From positions 256,001-320,000 of the forward strand of contig CBDDCX010000008.1 in the NCBI GenBank assembly GCA_965226375.1: a stretch of DNA of 64,000 nucleotides, given 5' to 3'. The notes beneath the pieces are model-generated. The model worked only from the letters and a program-made list of their open reading frames with translations, had not been told where the DNA came from and searched no databases. Source of the stretch: Longimicrobiales bacterium. Its GTDB lineage: Bacteria; Gemmatimonadota; Gemmatimonadetes; Longimicrobiales; Gaopeijiaceae. Shown here in pieces: positions 1-9,067 of this stretch (position 1 is its first letter; each line of letters begins with the position of its first letter). The translations under genes were made by a program, and so were the position numbers.

Positions 1-321
1 CAGGACGGCCCAGTGCAGCAGAAGCGCTGCCCGGGGGTTGGCATCCAGTTCCACGGCCTTGCGGCTCTGGTAATTCGTGTAGAAGACGAACCCGTCAGCG
101 CTAAATGCCTTCAACAGAACCATCCGCGACGAGGGCACGCCTTCCGGCGTCGCGGTGGCCAAAGAGGTCGACTCGGGGAGCAGGATCCCCGACTCTCTGG
201 CCTCTGCGAACCACTCGTCGAACAAGTCGATGGGGTCACGGTCAGCGGTCGACTCTGGAAGGCCGCGAGTGACCCCTTTTCCCATGGTCAGGACGGACTT
301 CAGCGTGGACTTGATGGACAT
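1..321 (-). CDS. pdxH: pyridoxamine 5'-phosphate oxidase, N-terminal part (runs off the window edge)
   Basis: Translated by hand (not in the ORF track): MSIKSTLK...DPIDLFDEWFAEA...SLATATPEGVPSSRMVLLK...GFVFYTNYQSRKAVELDANPRAALLLHW, the PdxH signature motifs. Confidence 0.93.
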   Translation of the reverse strand, partial: MSIKSTLKSVLTMGKGVTRGLPESTADRDPIDLFDEWFAEARESGILLPESTSLATATPEGVPSSRMVLLKAFSADGFVFYTNYQSRKAVELDANPRAALLLHWAVL

Positions 322-438
322 GGCATCAACGGTAGCAGAGAGGCCCGTGACGCGGTAGAGCGTGGATCGGCGCCGGCTGTCAGTGACGCAGGTCCTCTGA
401 GGCCACCCAGGTGCTCCGCTCACCGCTGCGTCGGCGTT

Positions 439-1029
439 CTATGGCCGAATCAGGACTTCACCCTGCGTCAGCGCCCGAGCGACGGACTCCGAACCACGCG
501 CCTCCGCCAGCGCACCTGGGGGAGGGGGAGGGCTGTCGGGCTCCCTGAGCCGCAATTGCCACCACCCCACGTCGTGCCACGTCTCCAGCTTGTAACCCAC
601 GTCCTCGTAGACGCCGGCCGCCGTGAACCCGAGGGATTCGTGAAGGGCCACGCTCGCCTCGTTAGGAAGCGCGATTCCAGCAAAAGCGTTCAAGAAACCC
701 TGGATACGAAGGATTTCGAAGAGCGACGTGTAGAGCCCTCTCGCGACCCCACGGCGTCGGACCTCGGTGTGCACGTAGGCTGAGACTTCAACGGACCACT
801 CGTACGCCGCTCTCTGTCTGAAGGCCGTGGCGTAGGCGTAGCCCGAGATTCCCTCATCGCCATCGAAGACCAGCCAGGGGTAGTGGTCGAGGGTCCTTCG
901 GATTCTACCGGCCATCTCGGCAGGTGAGGGAGGAGTGTCCTCGAAGGAGATGGGTGTGCTCGTGACCAGGGGCGCGTAGATCTCCAGGATCTGGCTGGCA
1001 TCCGTCTCGGCTGCGAAGCGAATCTTCAA
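439..1029 (-). CDS. GNAT N-acetyltransferase, phosphinothricin/arsinothricin acetyltransferase-like
   Basis: Motifs ISFEDTPP, GYAYATAFRQRAAYEWSVEVSAYV, IALPNEASVALHESLGF, VGYKLETWHDVGWWQ; probable TTG start at 1029 after AGAGGG. Confidence 0.88.
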   Translation of the reverse strand: MKIRFAAETDASQILEIYAPLVTSTPISFEDTPPSPAEMAGRIRRTLDHYPWLVFDGDEGISGYAYATAFRQRAAYEWSVEVSAYVHTEVRRRGVARGLYTSLFEILRIQGFLNAFAGIALPNEASVALHESLGFTAAGVYEDVGYKLETWHDVGWWQLRLREPDSPPPPPGALAEARGSESVARALTQGEVLIRP

Positions 1030-1043
1030 CGGCCCTCTGACGG

Positions 1044-2096
1044 CTAAGGCCGGTAGACCCGGACTTCCGGGAACGTGAGGGCGAACCCATACCAACGGGT
1101 GAAGACCTGCATGGGCCGCTCCACCTCGAGTTTGGTGCCGTCCGGTGCGAACAACGCGCCCGCCTTGATGTAGCGACCGTCACTGAGTCGGAGCAATGAT
1201 CCCTCCCAACTCGCGTTGTCTGCATCCGTGTAAAGGGCCAGGATCGAGTTGGCCGTCGGCTCGATGTGGACCAGCAGGCCGCGCCCGTCCATCTCGTCGA
1301 AGACGAACCGTCCCTGCTCCTCGACAACGGCCATCGGGAAGTATCTTTGGGAGCTCGCAGTCCAGGCCCCGAGGCCGATGTCCATGCTCGGCCTCCTCGG
1401 ATCTTCGCCGCTCATGGTGGCCTTCAAGCGGTCAGACAGACCTCGCACGCGCTCGGCCAGGGGTGCCCACCGGCTCCGGCGGCGGATCGGTCGGTCGGAC
1501 ATGGCCACCTCGAGATCCGGGTGGGCCTCGAGCGCCTGGTCCACCGTTCCCTGCAGGAGGTTGAAGAGGGGAAGTCGTCGCCCCTTCAACGGCCCCGCCA
1601 GGGCCATTCCTGACACGTGATGCCAGTAGGTGCCGGTTTCCCGATCCCAAAGGACGGAACCACCGTGGAAGAGACCGCGATATTCGAAATGGTGCACGCG
1701 ACCATCGATCGTGGGCGTCATACTGACCCCTGAGTTACAAGCGGGTCAGAAGGAGACCATCCATGGTTCTCCGTCGATCTCGCCCTGGGCCGTGTGATGG
1801 TAGGCCATCTGGTCCGTCACCAACGCAAGGCGGCCTTTCGCATGCTCCATGATGAGCACGCGGGTCTGCGCCTGAAGCAGCCCTTCGTCCAATGCCTCGC
1901 GGAGCGACCACGTATCTTTGACATCGAAACGTACGTACACGGTGGAATCGAGAAGCATGGCCCGATCGGCCGAGAAGTCGTCGCTTCCGGCCTCGACGAT
2001 CTGTTGTGCCGTCACGGGTGGGGGCACGAAGAGGCGGAACACCGCGAGGGCTGAGGCGCAGACTGCCACAGTTGCGAAGGAGCGCTGGATTCTCAT
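1044..2096 (-). CDS. DUF3179-family exported protein, probable selenoprotein (in-frame UGA at 1746-1748)
   Basis: ORFs 1746-2162 and 1044-1721 share a frame and are separated only by TGA: PWMVSF-(TGA)-PACNSGVSMTP, matching the CxxC of DUF3179; downstream motif LWDRETGTYW; N-terminal signal peptide. Confidence 0.8.
1713..1730 (-). promoter_or_regulatory. candidate bacterial SECIS hairpin
   Basis: GGGGUCA-GUA-UGAC(G)CCC stem-loop with a G-led loop 22 nt after the UGA. Confidence 0.5.
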
Positions 2097-2210
2097 GGCG
2101 TTTCCGTATGTCGGTCGGAGGCGGGACAGGGCGAAAGCCTGCCCTGAAAAGGCCTTATCCACGTTAGCACCGCATCGACCGATTGGGAAAGCCGGAAATG
2201 ACCCCTGCGA

Positions 2211-2693
2211 TCAGAGCGACGCAGGCTCCACATCGTGGAGGATGCCGACCGCCAGGCCGAAAGTGAGGAGGCCGGCAAGAGACTCCAACGTCACCACGAC
2301 GTCCGCCAGCCCGGTCGCGGGCGTAACGGTACCGTATCCGATGGCGGCGAGTGTGTAGACGCTGAAAAAGAACGCTTCGCTGAAGGAGCCCAGCGTAGAC
2401 GTGGCCTGGACACCGTCGAGCGCTCCGGGTCCCAGAGCGACATAAATAGCTGCGAACAGAGCATTTAAGAGTATGTACCAGACACCAGCCAGGCCCAGGA
2501 ATCGCGGCCAGGAGACCTCCAGGAGGAAGTGGTATACGGACAGGGACTCCAGGAAGCCCAATCCCGTTCGCCGGACGTTGAAGGTCCCGTCGCGATTGAG
2601 GAGCCTCTGGCGGCTCTCGGAGGAGACGACGCTCCCGAATCCGAGGTCGAGTTCGATCTCCGAGCGAGGGGGGGTCGGCGTCGAATCACTCAT
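2211..2693 (-). pseudogene. truncated KirBac-like inward-rectifier potassium channel (TM1-pore-TM2 only)
   Basis: DLGFG...RLLNRDGTFNV, AFFFSVYTLAAIGYG; stops just after TM2 with no cytoplasmic domain. Confidence 0.7.
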
Positions 2694-2709
2694 GACGGTG
2701 CGACACGTC

Positions 2710-3723
2710 TCAGGTCCGTGCCAGGCGCCGTGCCTCCGAGAAGCTCACCAACCTCCCGCTGTCCTCATGCCAGAGCGAAAGCCGTAGCGTCTTGATTCCG
2801 TCCCAGATGGAGATCTTGGTCACGTTCTGGAGTTCCGGAATATTGTCCAGGCACTCCTGGAGTTTGTAGTTAGGGATGCGGGCGCTGATGTGGTGAATGT
2901 GGTGGATGCCGATGCTGGCCGTGATCCACTGAAGGAGCTTCGGAAGCACCAGGTGTGAGCTTCCCTCGAGGCCCGCGTCGAAGTATGACCAGTCTTCGTG
3001 CTCGTGCCAGTACGTGTCTTCGTATTGATGTTGTACGTAGAAGAGCCACACGCCTACGCTGACGGTGAGCAGTAGGATCGGGAGGTGGACCAAGACTAAG
3101 GCCTTCAGGCCGATCGTGAGCCACATGAATCCCACAATGGCGGCCAACACGGCATTGGTCTGCCAGACGCTGATCCACTCGCGCTTCCATCTCCGGGGGA
3201 GGTCGTAGGGGTAGCGATGCTTGATCGCAAAGAGGTAGAGTCCGCCGACTCCGAGTAGGATCGCTGGGTGCCTGTAGGTTCTGTATCGAAGTCGTCCCAG
3301 GAACGACTTGTCGTAGTACTCGTCCACCGTGAGCGTGTCGATGTCGCCGAAGCCCCTGAAGTCCAGGTCGCCGGAGTGAGCATGATGGTAGGCGTGGGTC
3401 TTCCTCCAATAGCGGTAGGGCGTGAGTGTCAGCACTCCGATCCAGAACCCGACCGTGTCCGCCACCTTCTGGGACTTGAAGAAGGATCCGTGCCCACAGT
3501 CGTGCTGGATCAGGAAGAGCCTGGTGAGGAACGCCGAGGCCAGCACGGCCACCGCCAAGGTGAGCCAGTAGCTCACGGACAGGGCACGATAGGCGCCGTA
3601 CCAGCAGAGGAGATACGGCGGAACCGAGGTAAGCAGCTGCGTGACGCTCCGCCGGAGGTCCGCTCCGCCGTACGGTCCCAGTAGTTCACGCCAATAATCC
3701 GAGGTTTTCTGTTCGTTGCTCAA
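2710..3723 (-). CDS. fatty acid desaturase
   Basis: Histidine boxes HDCGH, HAYHH, HHIHH and FYVQHQ; TTG start overlaps the HAD gene stop. Confidence 0.92.
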   Translation of the reverse strand: MSNEQKTSDYWRELLGPYGGADLRRSVTQLLTSVPPYLLCWYGAYRALSVSYWLTLAVAVLASAFLTRLFLIQHDCGHGSFFKSQKVADTVGFWIGVLTLTPYRYWRKTHAYHHAHSGDLDFRGFGDIDTLTVDEYYDKSFLGRLRYRTYRHPAILLGVGGLYLFAIKHRYPYDLPRRWKREWISVWQTNAVLAAIVGFMWLTIGLKALVLVHLPILLLTVSVGVWLFYVQHQYEDTYWHEHEDWSYFDAGLEGSSHLVLPKLLQWITASIGIHHIHHISARIPNYKLQECLDNIPELQNVTKISIWDGIKTLRLSLWHEDSGRLVSFSEARRLART

Positions 3724-4520
3724 CTGAAAGCGACTCCCAGGGCTGAGGGAAGAGAGGCGACGGAGTCTAGGATCAGGTCGGGTTTCACGGTCGCGCGCGA
3801 GAGGTCGTCCTCCTGGAACTTGCCGGTGCGCACCAGGACCGCTGCCGCGTCGCACGCCTGTGCGCCTGCCACGTCCGTACCGATGTCGTCACCTACCACG
3901 GCCAGGTTGAAGAGGTCCACCCCCATGGAGTCAGCCGCTGCCTGGAAGAACGCCGGGCTGGGTTTTCCCATGATCGTGGCTTCCCGCCCCGTTGCGTATT
4001 CGAGCGCCATTACGAAAGCGCCCGCGTCCAGCGCCAATCCGTGGCCCGTGTTCCAGTAGCGGTTCCGCTGTAGCGCCACGAACTCGGCCCCCTCTATGAT
4101 GTGATTGAACGCTCGGTTGAGGCGGCCGAAGTCCCACCCTGCTCCCAGATCTCCCACCACGACGGCCTGCGGCGACGGCTCGTTGACGGTGAAGTGGCTG
4201 AAGTCGTCGTGCGTGGCTTCGGGCACGCAAAGCGAAACGTTCCAGAGCCCCTTCTTCTCCAGCCAGGATGCTGCTGCCAGGGGCGCCGTGAGCACCTCTT
4301 CGGCCTCCAATTCGAGGCCCAGGCGTTGCATCCGCTCCACGAGGGAAGCACGCGACATCCGGGTCGTGTTGGTTCCAAAACGCATCGGTAGGCCGCCCCG
4401 CCTGATCGCGGCCACGGCGTCAGCCGCACCGGGGACGAGGCGGTCGCCGACGAAAAGCGTACCGTCCAGGTCGAGGAGGACCCCGTGAACGTCCTCGAGC
4501 TTTTCCGTGTCCTGAGCCAT
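3720..4520 (-). CDS. HAD-superfamily subfamily IIA hydrolase (LHPP-like)
   Basis: DLDGTL, TNTT, GKPS, VGDDIGTDV, VRTGKF. Confidence 0.9.
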   Translation of the reverse strand: MAQDTEKLEDVHGVLLDLDGTLFVGDRLVPGAADAVAAIRRGGLPMRFGTNTTRMSRASLVERMQRLGLELEAEEVLTAPLAAASWLEKKGLWNVSLCVPEATHDDFSHFTVNEPSPQAVVVGDLGAGWDFGRLNRAFNHIIEGAEFVALQRNRYWNTGHGLALDAGAFVMALEYATGREATIMGKPSPAFFQAAADSMGVDLFNLAVVGDDIGTDVAGAQACDAAAVLVRTGKFQEDDLSRATVKPDLILDSVASLPSALGVAFS

Positions 4521-4668
4521 CTATCGAGATTCCCCGCTTTGAGCTACCGCCTCGAACGCGGTCCAAAGTAGAAGAACTTGAACGGAGGGTCCATGGCATG
4601 CTTCCCTCGGATCGGCTTGTCTCCTACTGTCCTGAGGAGTGAAGGGCTTCTCATCCTGGAGGTAGGAC

Positions 4669-5121
4669 ATGTCGATCTGGCGGAGCGCCTTGTCGATCTT
4701 GGGGGCGTTCTTTGTCGTGGCGGTATTGGTGGGACTCGCTACAGCGATTGCCTCGAACGCCATGTTGGGGGGCATGGGATCCGATGTGGAGGTCACCACG
4801 GCGTATCTCGTCGTGAACTTGGCCTACAGCGTGGTGATCGCGGTGATCGGGGGATACGTAGTTGCCACGGTCTCCGATCACTCGCCCCTGGGACACGCGG
4901 CGGCGTTGGCCGGCTTCATGATGGTCCTGGGCCTCGTCTCGTGGCTGGTGGTGAACCGGGGAGACCCGGTGCCCGGCCAACCTTCCTGGTACCCGTTGGT
5001 CATCGGCCTGCTCGTTCCCCCGGTCGCCATACTGGGTGGAGTCCTGGTCACGCGTCGTACCCGCGCCAAGACGCACTTCAGCCGGCGGGCGCGAGAGGCC
5101 GCCGGATCGGGTGAAACTTAG
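4669..5121 (+). CDS. hypothetical 4-TM membrane protein
   Basis: Four hydrophobic segments; GGAGG RBS before the ATG. Confidence 0.75.
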   Translation: MSIWRSALSILGAFFVVAVLVGLATAIASNAMLGGMGSDVEVTTAYLVVNLAYSVVIAVIGGYVVATVSDHSPLGHAAALAGFMMVLGLVSWLVVNRGDPVPGQPSWYPLVIGLLVPPVAILGGVLVTRRTRAKTHFSRRAREAAGSGET

Positions 5122-5152
5122 GGGTGGGCCTCGGAGGTCGTGGAGTCCGATC

Positions 5153-7091
5153 CTATCGCTTGATCATGCGCGTAGTTCCCGCGTTCACCGCACCCACCAC
5201 GGTGCCTTGCTCGTCCCGCTCGATGGTCATGATGTCACCGTCGCTCACCTCGAACCACTCGTCAGCGGAGCTGGCATAGAAGACCATCGTGCCTTGGCCG
5301 GGCACAATGACCTCCAGGGTCCCGTCCGTGCCCGGTCGAAACTCGATCACGAAGTCAGCCGACCCCTCGATCTCGTATTCGCCGCTGAGTGCTGCCACTT
5401 CAGCGGCGTCCAGCGTCACTCGAGCCTTGCTCTCCGGCCGGTGGATGGGCCACTCGCGTGCCTCGGCGATGGCCCGCGTGAGCTCTCTCGCCAGGGCCGA
5501 TCCGCGATCCCCGTTCGTCATGATGGCGTATCCAATCCTCTCGTCCGGGACTACGATCCAGATGGCCCTGAAGCCTGCGTTCGCACCCCCATGACCAAAT
5601 ATTCTGTGTCCGTCCCCCTCCAAGCCGAATCCGAGACCTTGATCGTTGAAGCCCTCTTCGCCGTCCCGGTTGGGGGTGAGCATCTGACCGAGCATCTCCG
5701 CTGAAAGGACGCCGCTTTCCACTTCGTCCCCCAGGATCTTCAGGAGGTGTACGGAAACGCGGGCCAATTCCGTGGGCGTAGTCCAGAGGCCGGCTGCGGC
5801 CTGCTCCGGGTAGGTGTGCCACTCTCCCTCTACTTCGGATCCGTCGGCTAGGTGTGCCCTCGCGGCCTCTTCCCAACGGTCTTCGGGCAACGGTTGTTCA
5901 TAGGTGGAGAGGCTCATACCGGTCGGTTCGAGGACTCGTTGGGCGACGAACTCCGGAAAGGACATCCCGGTGACGTCCTCTAGCGTCTGCTCCATCACTG
6001 TGTAGCCACCACCCGAGTACTGCCATGATGACCTTGTGTGCCCGGCACCTTGTAGACAGAGCGAACCGGGTCGGTGTTGCCCTCACCATCGAGGCCGCAC
6101 GGTTCAGTCTGAGTTGGTCGCGAGTACCGCTCCTGGCCGGAACGGCTCGTCCTTTCTGTATCCGGGGAAACCCCACACTGTCGTGCCCGCCGAGTGTGTG
6201 AGCAGTCCGCGGAGGGTCACCGCAGAGTCCGCAGTGAATTCATTGTCGGGTACAGACCAGGTGGTGAGGTACTCGTTGATCGGATCGTCGAGTGTGAGAC
6301 GCCCCTCTTCGACGAGCGAGAGGGCAGCCAGCGCTGACCCACGGGCTTCGAGATCGAGCCTGCCTGGAAGAGAGTCTCGACGGTGGCCGGCCTCCCGGTC
6401 TCGGTATCGGCCGTCCCCCACGCCTTGGCCCACGCGACATTGCTCTCTAATTAATCCCGTAGAGTGTCCCATTGTCGTTGACTCGAACCGGGTCGGTGTT
6501 GCCCTCACCATCGAGCACCTCTGAGTTGGTCGCGAGTACCGCTCCTGGCCGGAACGGCTCGTCCTTTCTGTATCCGGGGAAACCCCACACTGTCGTCGTG
6601 AGCAGTCCGCGGAGGGTCACCGCAGTCCGCGAATTCATTGTCGGGTACAGACCAGGTGGTGAGGTACTCGTTGATCGGATCGTCGAGTGTGAGACGCCCC
6701 TCTTCGACGAGCGAGAGGGCAGCCAGCGCACCCACCTTCGAGATCGAGCCTGCCTGGAAGAGAGTCTCACGGTGGCCGGCCTCCCGGTCTCGGTATCGGC
6801 CGTCCCCCACGCCTTGGCCCACGCGATCTCACCGTCCTCGATCACGGCCACACTGACGGCCGGGACGTCGTAGTGAGCCATCCGTTCTTCCAACGACCAT
6901 CCCTGGAGCTCCGCACCCTCGAGGACCACGGGAGGCAGCAGCGAGCGCTCAACGGCCGAAATCCAATCTCCGTCGCCGGCCGAGTCAGTCTGTTCCGTCG
7001 CAGGAGGGCCCGCGCAGCCTGCGGATACGAGGAGCAGCGCAGTGCTCCACGGGGCACTCGTGAATGCTGTTCTCACGGTCCTGCCCCTCAT
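5153..7091 (-). pseudogene. serine hydrolase (beta-lactamase class C-like) lipoprotein, broken by an internal imperfect duplication and indels
   Basis: Lipobox [22 protein letters not shown] (SxxK), LLTHSAG, YSGGGY, AAAGLWTT, FGHGG, spread across several frames. Confidence 0.8.
6062..6826. repeat. imperfect direct duplication (6062-6437 and 6484-6826) with a 46-nt unrelated spacer
   Basis: Both copies run from cgaaccgggtcggtgttgccc to ttggcccacgcga and carry different small indels. Confidence 0.9.
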
Positions 7092-8683
7092 GGATTACGG
7101 GTTGGCTGTTTTCCAGCATACGGGTACAGATCCTCCAGCACCACATGCTCGTACGGCAGTGCATCGAGGAACGTCGTTCCCACGAACGGCCCCGGAGCTT
7201 CAACGACCAGGATGGTCCTGGCATAGCCCGTCTCGTCGAACCCTCGTCGGAAGTGTACGCGCGATTTGACTACGAAGACGTCGTAGTCGTCCGGATCGAT
7301 TGACCCCAGGCGGAAGTCCTCAGGATACAGTACTTGTGAGTATGCGGGGGATATGAATACCAGATTGCCGTCTCCGAACGAGACCGCGGCCACACCCTCA
7401 TAGCCGAGGCCCGCGCCGAAGTACTCGAGCGTTCCCGTGATGCGAGCGGGCGTGCCACCCGAGGGCGTGAAGCCCCCCACGTCCATGTCAAAGGCCGCTC
7501 CGGCTTCAGCGTCGACGTTCTCCAATGCCTCGATCACCGATGGATCACTGATGGCGCCGTGGAGCACACGACCGATCCCGGCAGCCTCGAACGCTTTGAG
7601 GATGTGCGTGGCGTCCCCCGGACGGTCACTGTAGTCGCCGACAGCCACTGGCACCTCTCCGGCTTGGATCGCGTCGTGAACGATCTGGGCCGCCTCGTCG
7701 GGCAGCGGATACTTCCCAGCTGCGAACTCCTCCCGCATGCGCCACATGAAGTCGTTCATGTCGTCGGCGATCGCGTCAGCCAACGGTTGGTCGTCATTGG
7801 TCATCACCTGGACCGTCGCTCCGACGTCCGGTACGTCCGACCAGGGATATCCAGAGAAGACGCTCACGTAGACGTCCGGCTCTCGCGACTCCCAGCGTCG
7901 GGCGCGTTCCATGATGTCCATCGACGGGGACTGGCCGGTCCACTGGACGACCGTCGGCGTAATAATGCCCGGCTTCCGCGTTGCCGTTGTGGGGGAGTAG
8001 CCGCCCCGAGCGGTACTGATGATCATGCGCGCCGATCGTTCGCCCTGGATGTAGGCGTCGTAGTGCGGATACCGCTTGGTGACGAACGAGAAGTCCGCCC
8101 AGCGCAAGAACTCCTCGTCCTCGTTCCCGTGCAGGTCGAAGCTGCCTGCGATAGGCACGTCCGGCCCCACGATCTCACGAACTCGGCGTGCCAACTCGGC
8201 CTCGGGCCGGGGCACATTCCTCACGGCCATGGCACCGTGGAGAGCGAGATACACACCGTCCACCGGCATCGCGGAGCGCAGGTCCTCGATGATCATGCCG
8301 GCGAAGTGCTCGAAGGTCTCTTCGCTGTTCCAGCTGCGTGAGGACCCGCCGAACACGCCCTCAGGCGAGCGGAGCGGCAAGAGCTCCACGTTACCGTACT
8401 CCCTGGCCCGAGCGGTGAAGCCGCGCACGAAGTCCCCAGACTCGAACAGTGCCTCGTCGTCGAACGGGGGGCGTACCCTGATCCAATCCGCGATCTCGGT
8501 GTCCCCGCCCGGGCAAAACGTACAGGTCTCGTGCTGGAACTTCGCGACCGCTATGCGGAGTGTTCGGTCGGCGTCGGACGAGGCCGGTGCTTCCGCACTG
8601 CAGGCGCCGAGGGCCGCGGCTGCGATCAACGCGAGCACCGAAACGCGGAGAGACGTGATGGAACTTCGGGTGCATTCGGACAT
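7088..8683 (-). CDS. M81 (MlrC-like) metallopeptidase, lipoprotein
   Basis: FQHETCTF, YLALHGAM, FDLHGN, YPHYD, VVKSRVHF; lipobox LGAC. Confidence 0.9.
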   Translation of the reverse strand: MSECTRSSITSLRVSVLALIAAAALGACSAEAPASSDADRTLRIAVAKFQHETCTFCPGGDTEIADWIRVRPPFDDEALFESGDFVRGFTARAREYGNVELLPLRSPEGVFGGSSRSWNSEETFEHFAGMIIEDLRSAMPVDGVYLALHGAMAVRNVPRPEAELARRVREIVGPDVPIAGSFDLHGNEDEEFLRWADFSFVTKRYPHYDAYIQGERSARMIISTARGGYSPTTATRKPGIITPTVVQWTGQSPSMDIMERARRWESREPDVYVSVFSGYPWSDVPDVGATVQVMTNDDQPLADAIADDMNDFMWRMREEFAAGKYPLPDEAAQIVHDAIQAGEVPVAVGDYSDRPGDATHILKAFEAAGIGRVLHGAISDPSVIEALENVDAEAGAAFDMDVGGFTPSGGTPARITGTLEYFGAGLGYEGVAAVSFGDGNLVFISPAYSQVLYPEDFRLGSIDPDDYDVFVVKSRVHFRRGFDETGYARTILVVEAPGPFVGTTFLDALPYEHVVLEDLYPYAGKQPTRNP

Positions 8684-8841
8684 GGTCCGCCAGGGGAGCG
8701 AGAAAAACGCAGGCCAAACAAAAGCCTTTGACGGAATGGACGGGATAACGTGACGGGCGGGCGGAGAGTGGTCAACACGCAGCCTCAAGTCCTGGCCCGT
8801 CCGGTGGACGGTCCCAAGCCGCAACGCCTCCGCCCCGCCCT

Positions 8842-8976
8842 GGGTACACCTTCGAATTCGACGTTGATCGGTTCGCGAACCTCGACTGGCGAGCCCGGCA
8901 GGCGGAATTGATTGATGTCCTGCCCCGAAGCGTCACTGAAGAGGTGCTTCAGAAGCTAGGGACCTTGTTGGGCTAG
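8842..8976 (+). pseudogene. MazF/PemK endoribonuclease toxin C-terminal remnant
   Basis: Hand translation GYTFEFDVDRFANLDWRARQAELIDVLPRSVTEEVLQKLGTLLG* resembles the MazF GYPFEV...D...WRAR...LIG end; no start or N-terminus. Confidence 0.6.
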
Positions 8977-9067
8977 TGCACCCGCCCGCCTTTCCGACCC
9001 CGTAGCGTCGCCCCTATGCTGGGACGGGACGCCGCTCATTTCGAGACTCGACAACGACGGGATCATC

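Noticed and set aside
13..783. 256-aa plus-strand ORF and similar long antisense ORFs (13300-14646, 19508-20626, 45965-47386, 54752-56284)
   Set aside because: Shadow frames of well-supported opposite-strand genes in high-GC DNA, with no motifs of their own
2163..2213. Second UGA read-through fusing the channel fragment to DUF3179 (frames happen to match)
   Set aside because: No Cys or Sec motif context, and DUF3179 has its own start and signal peptide
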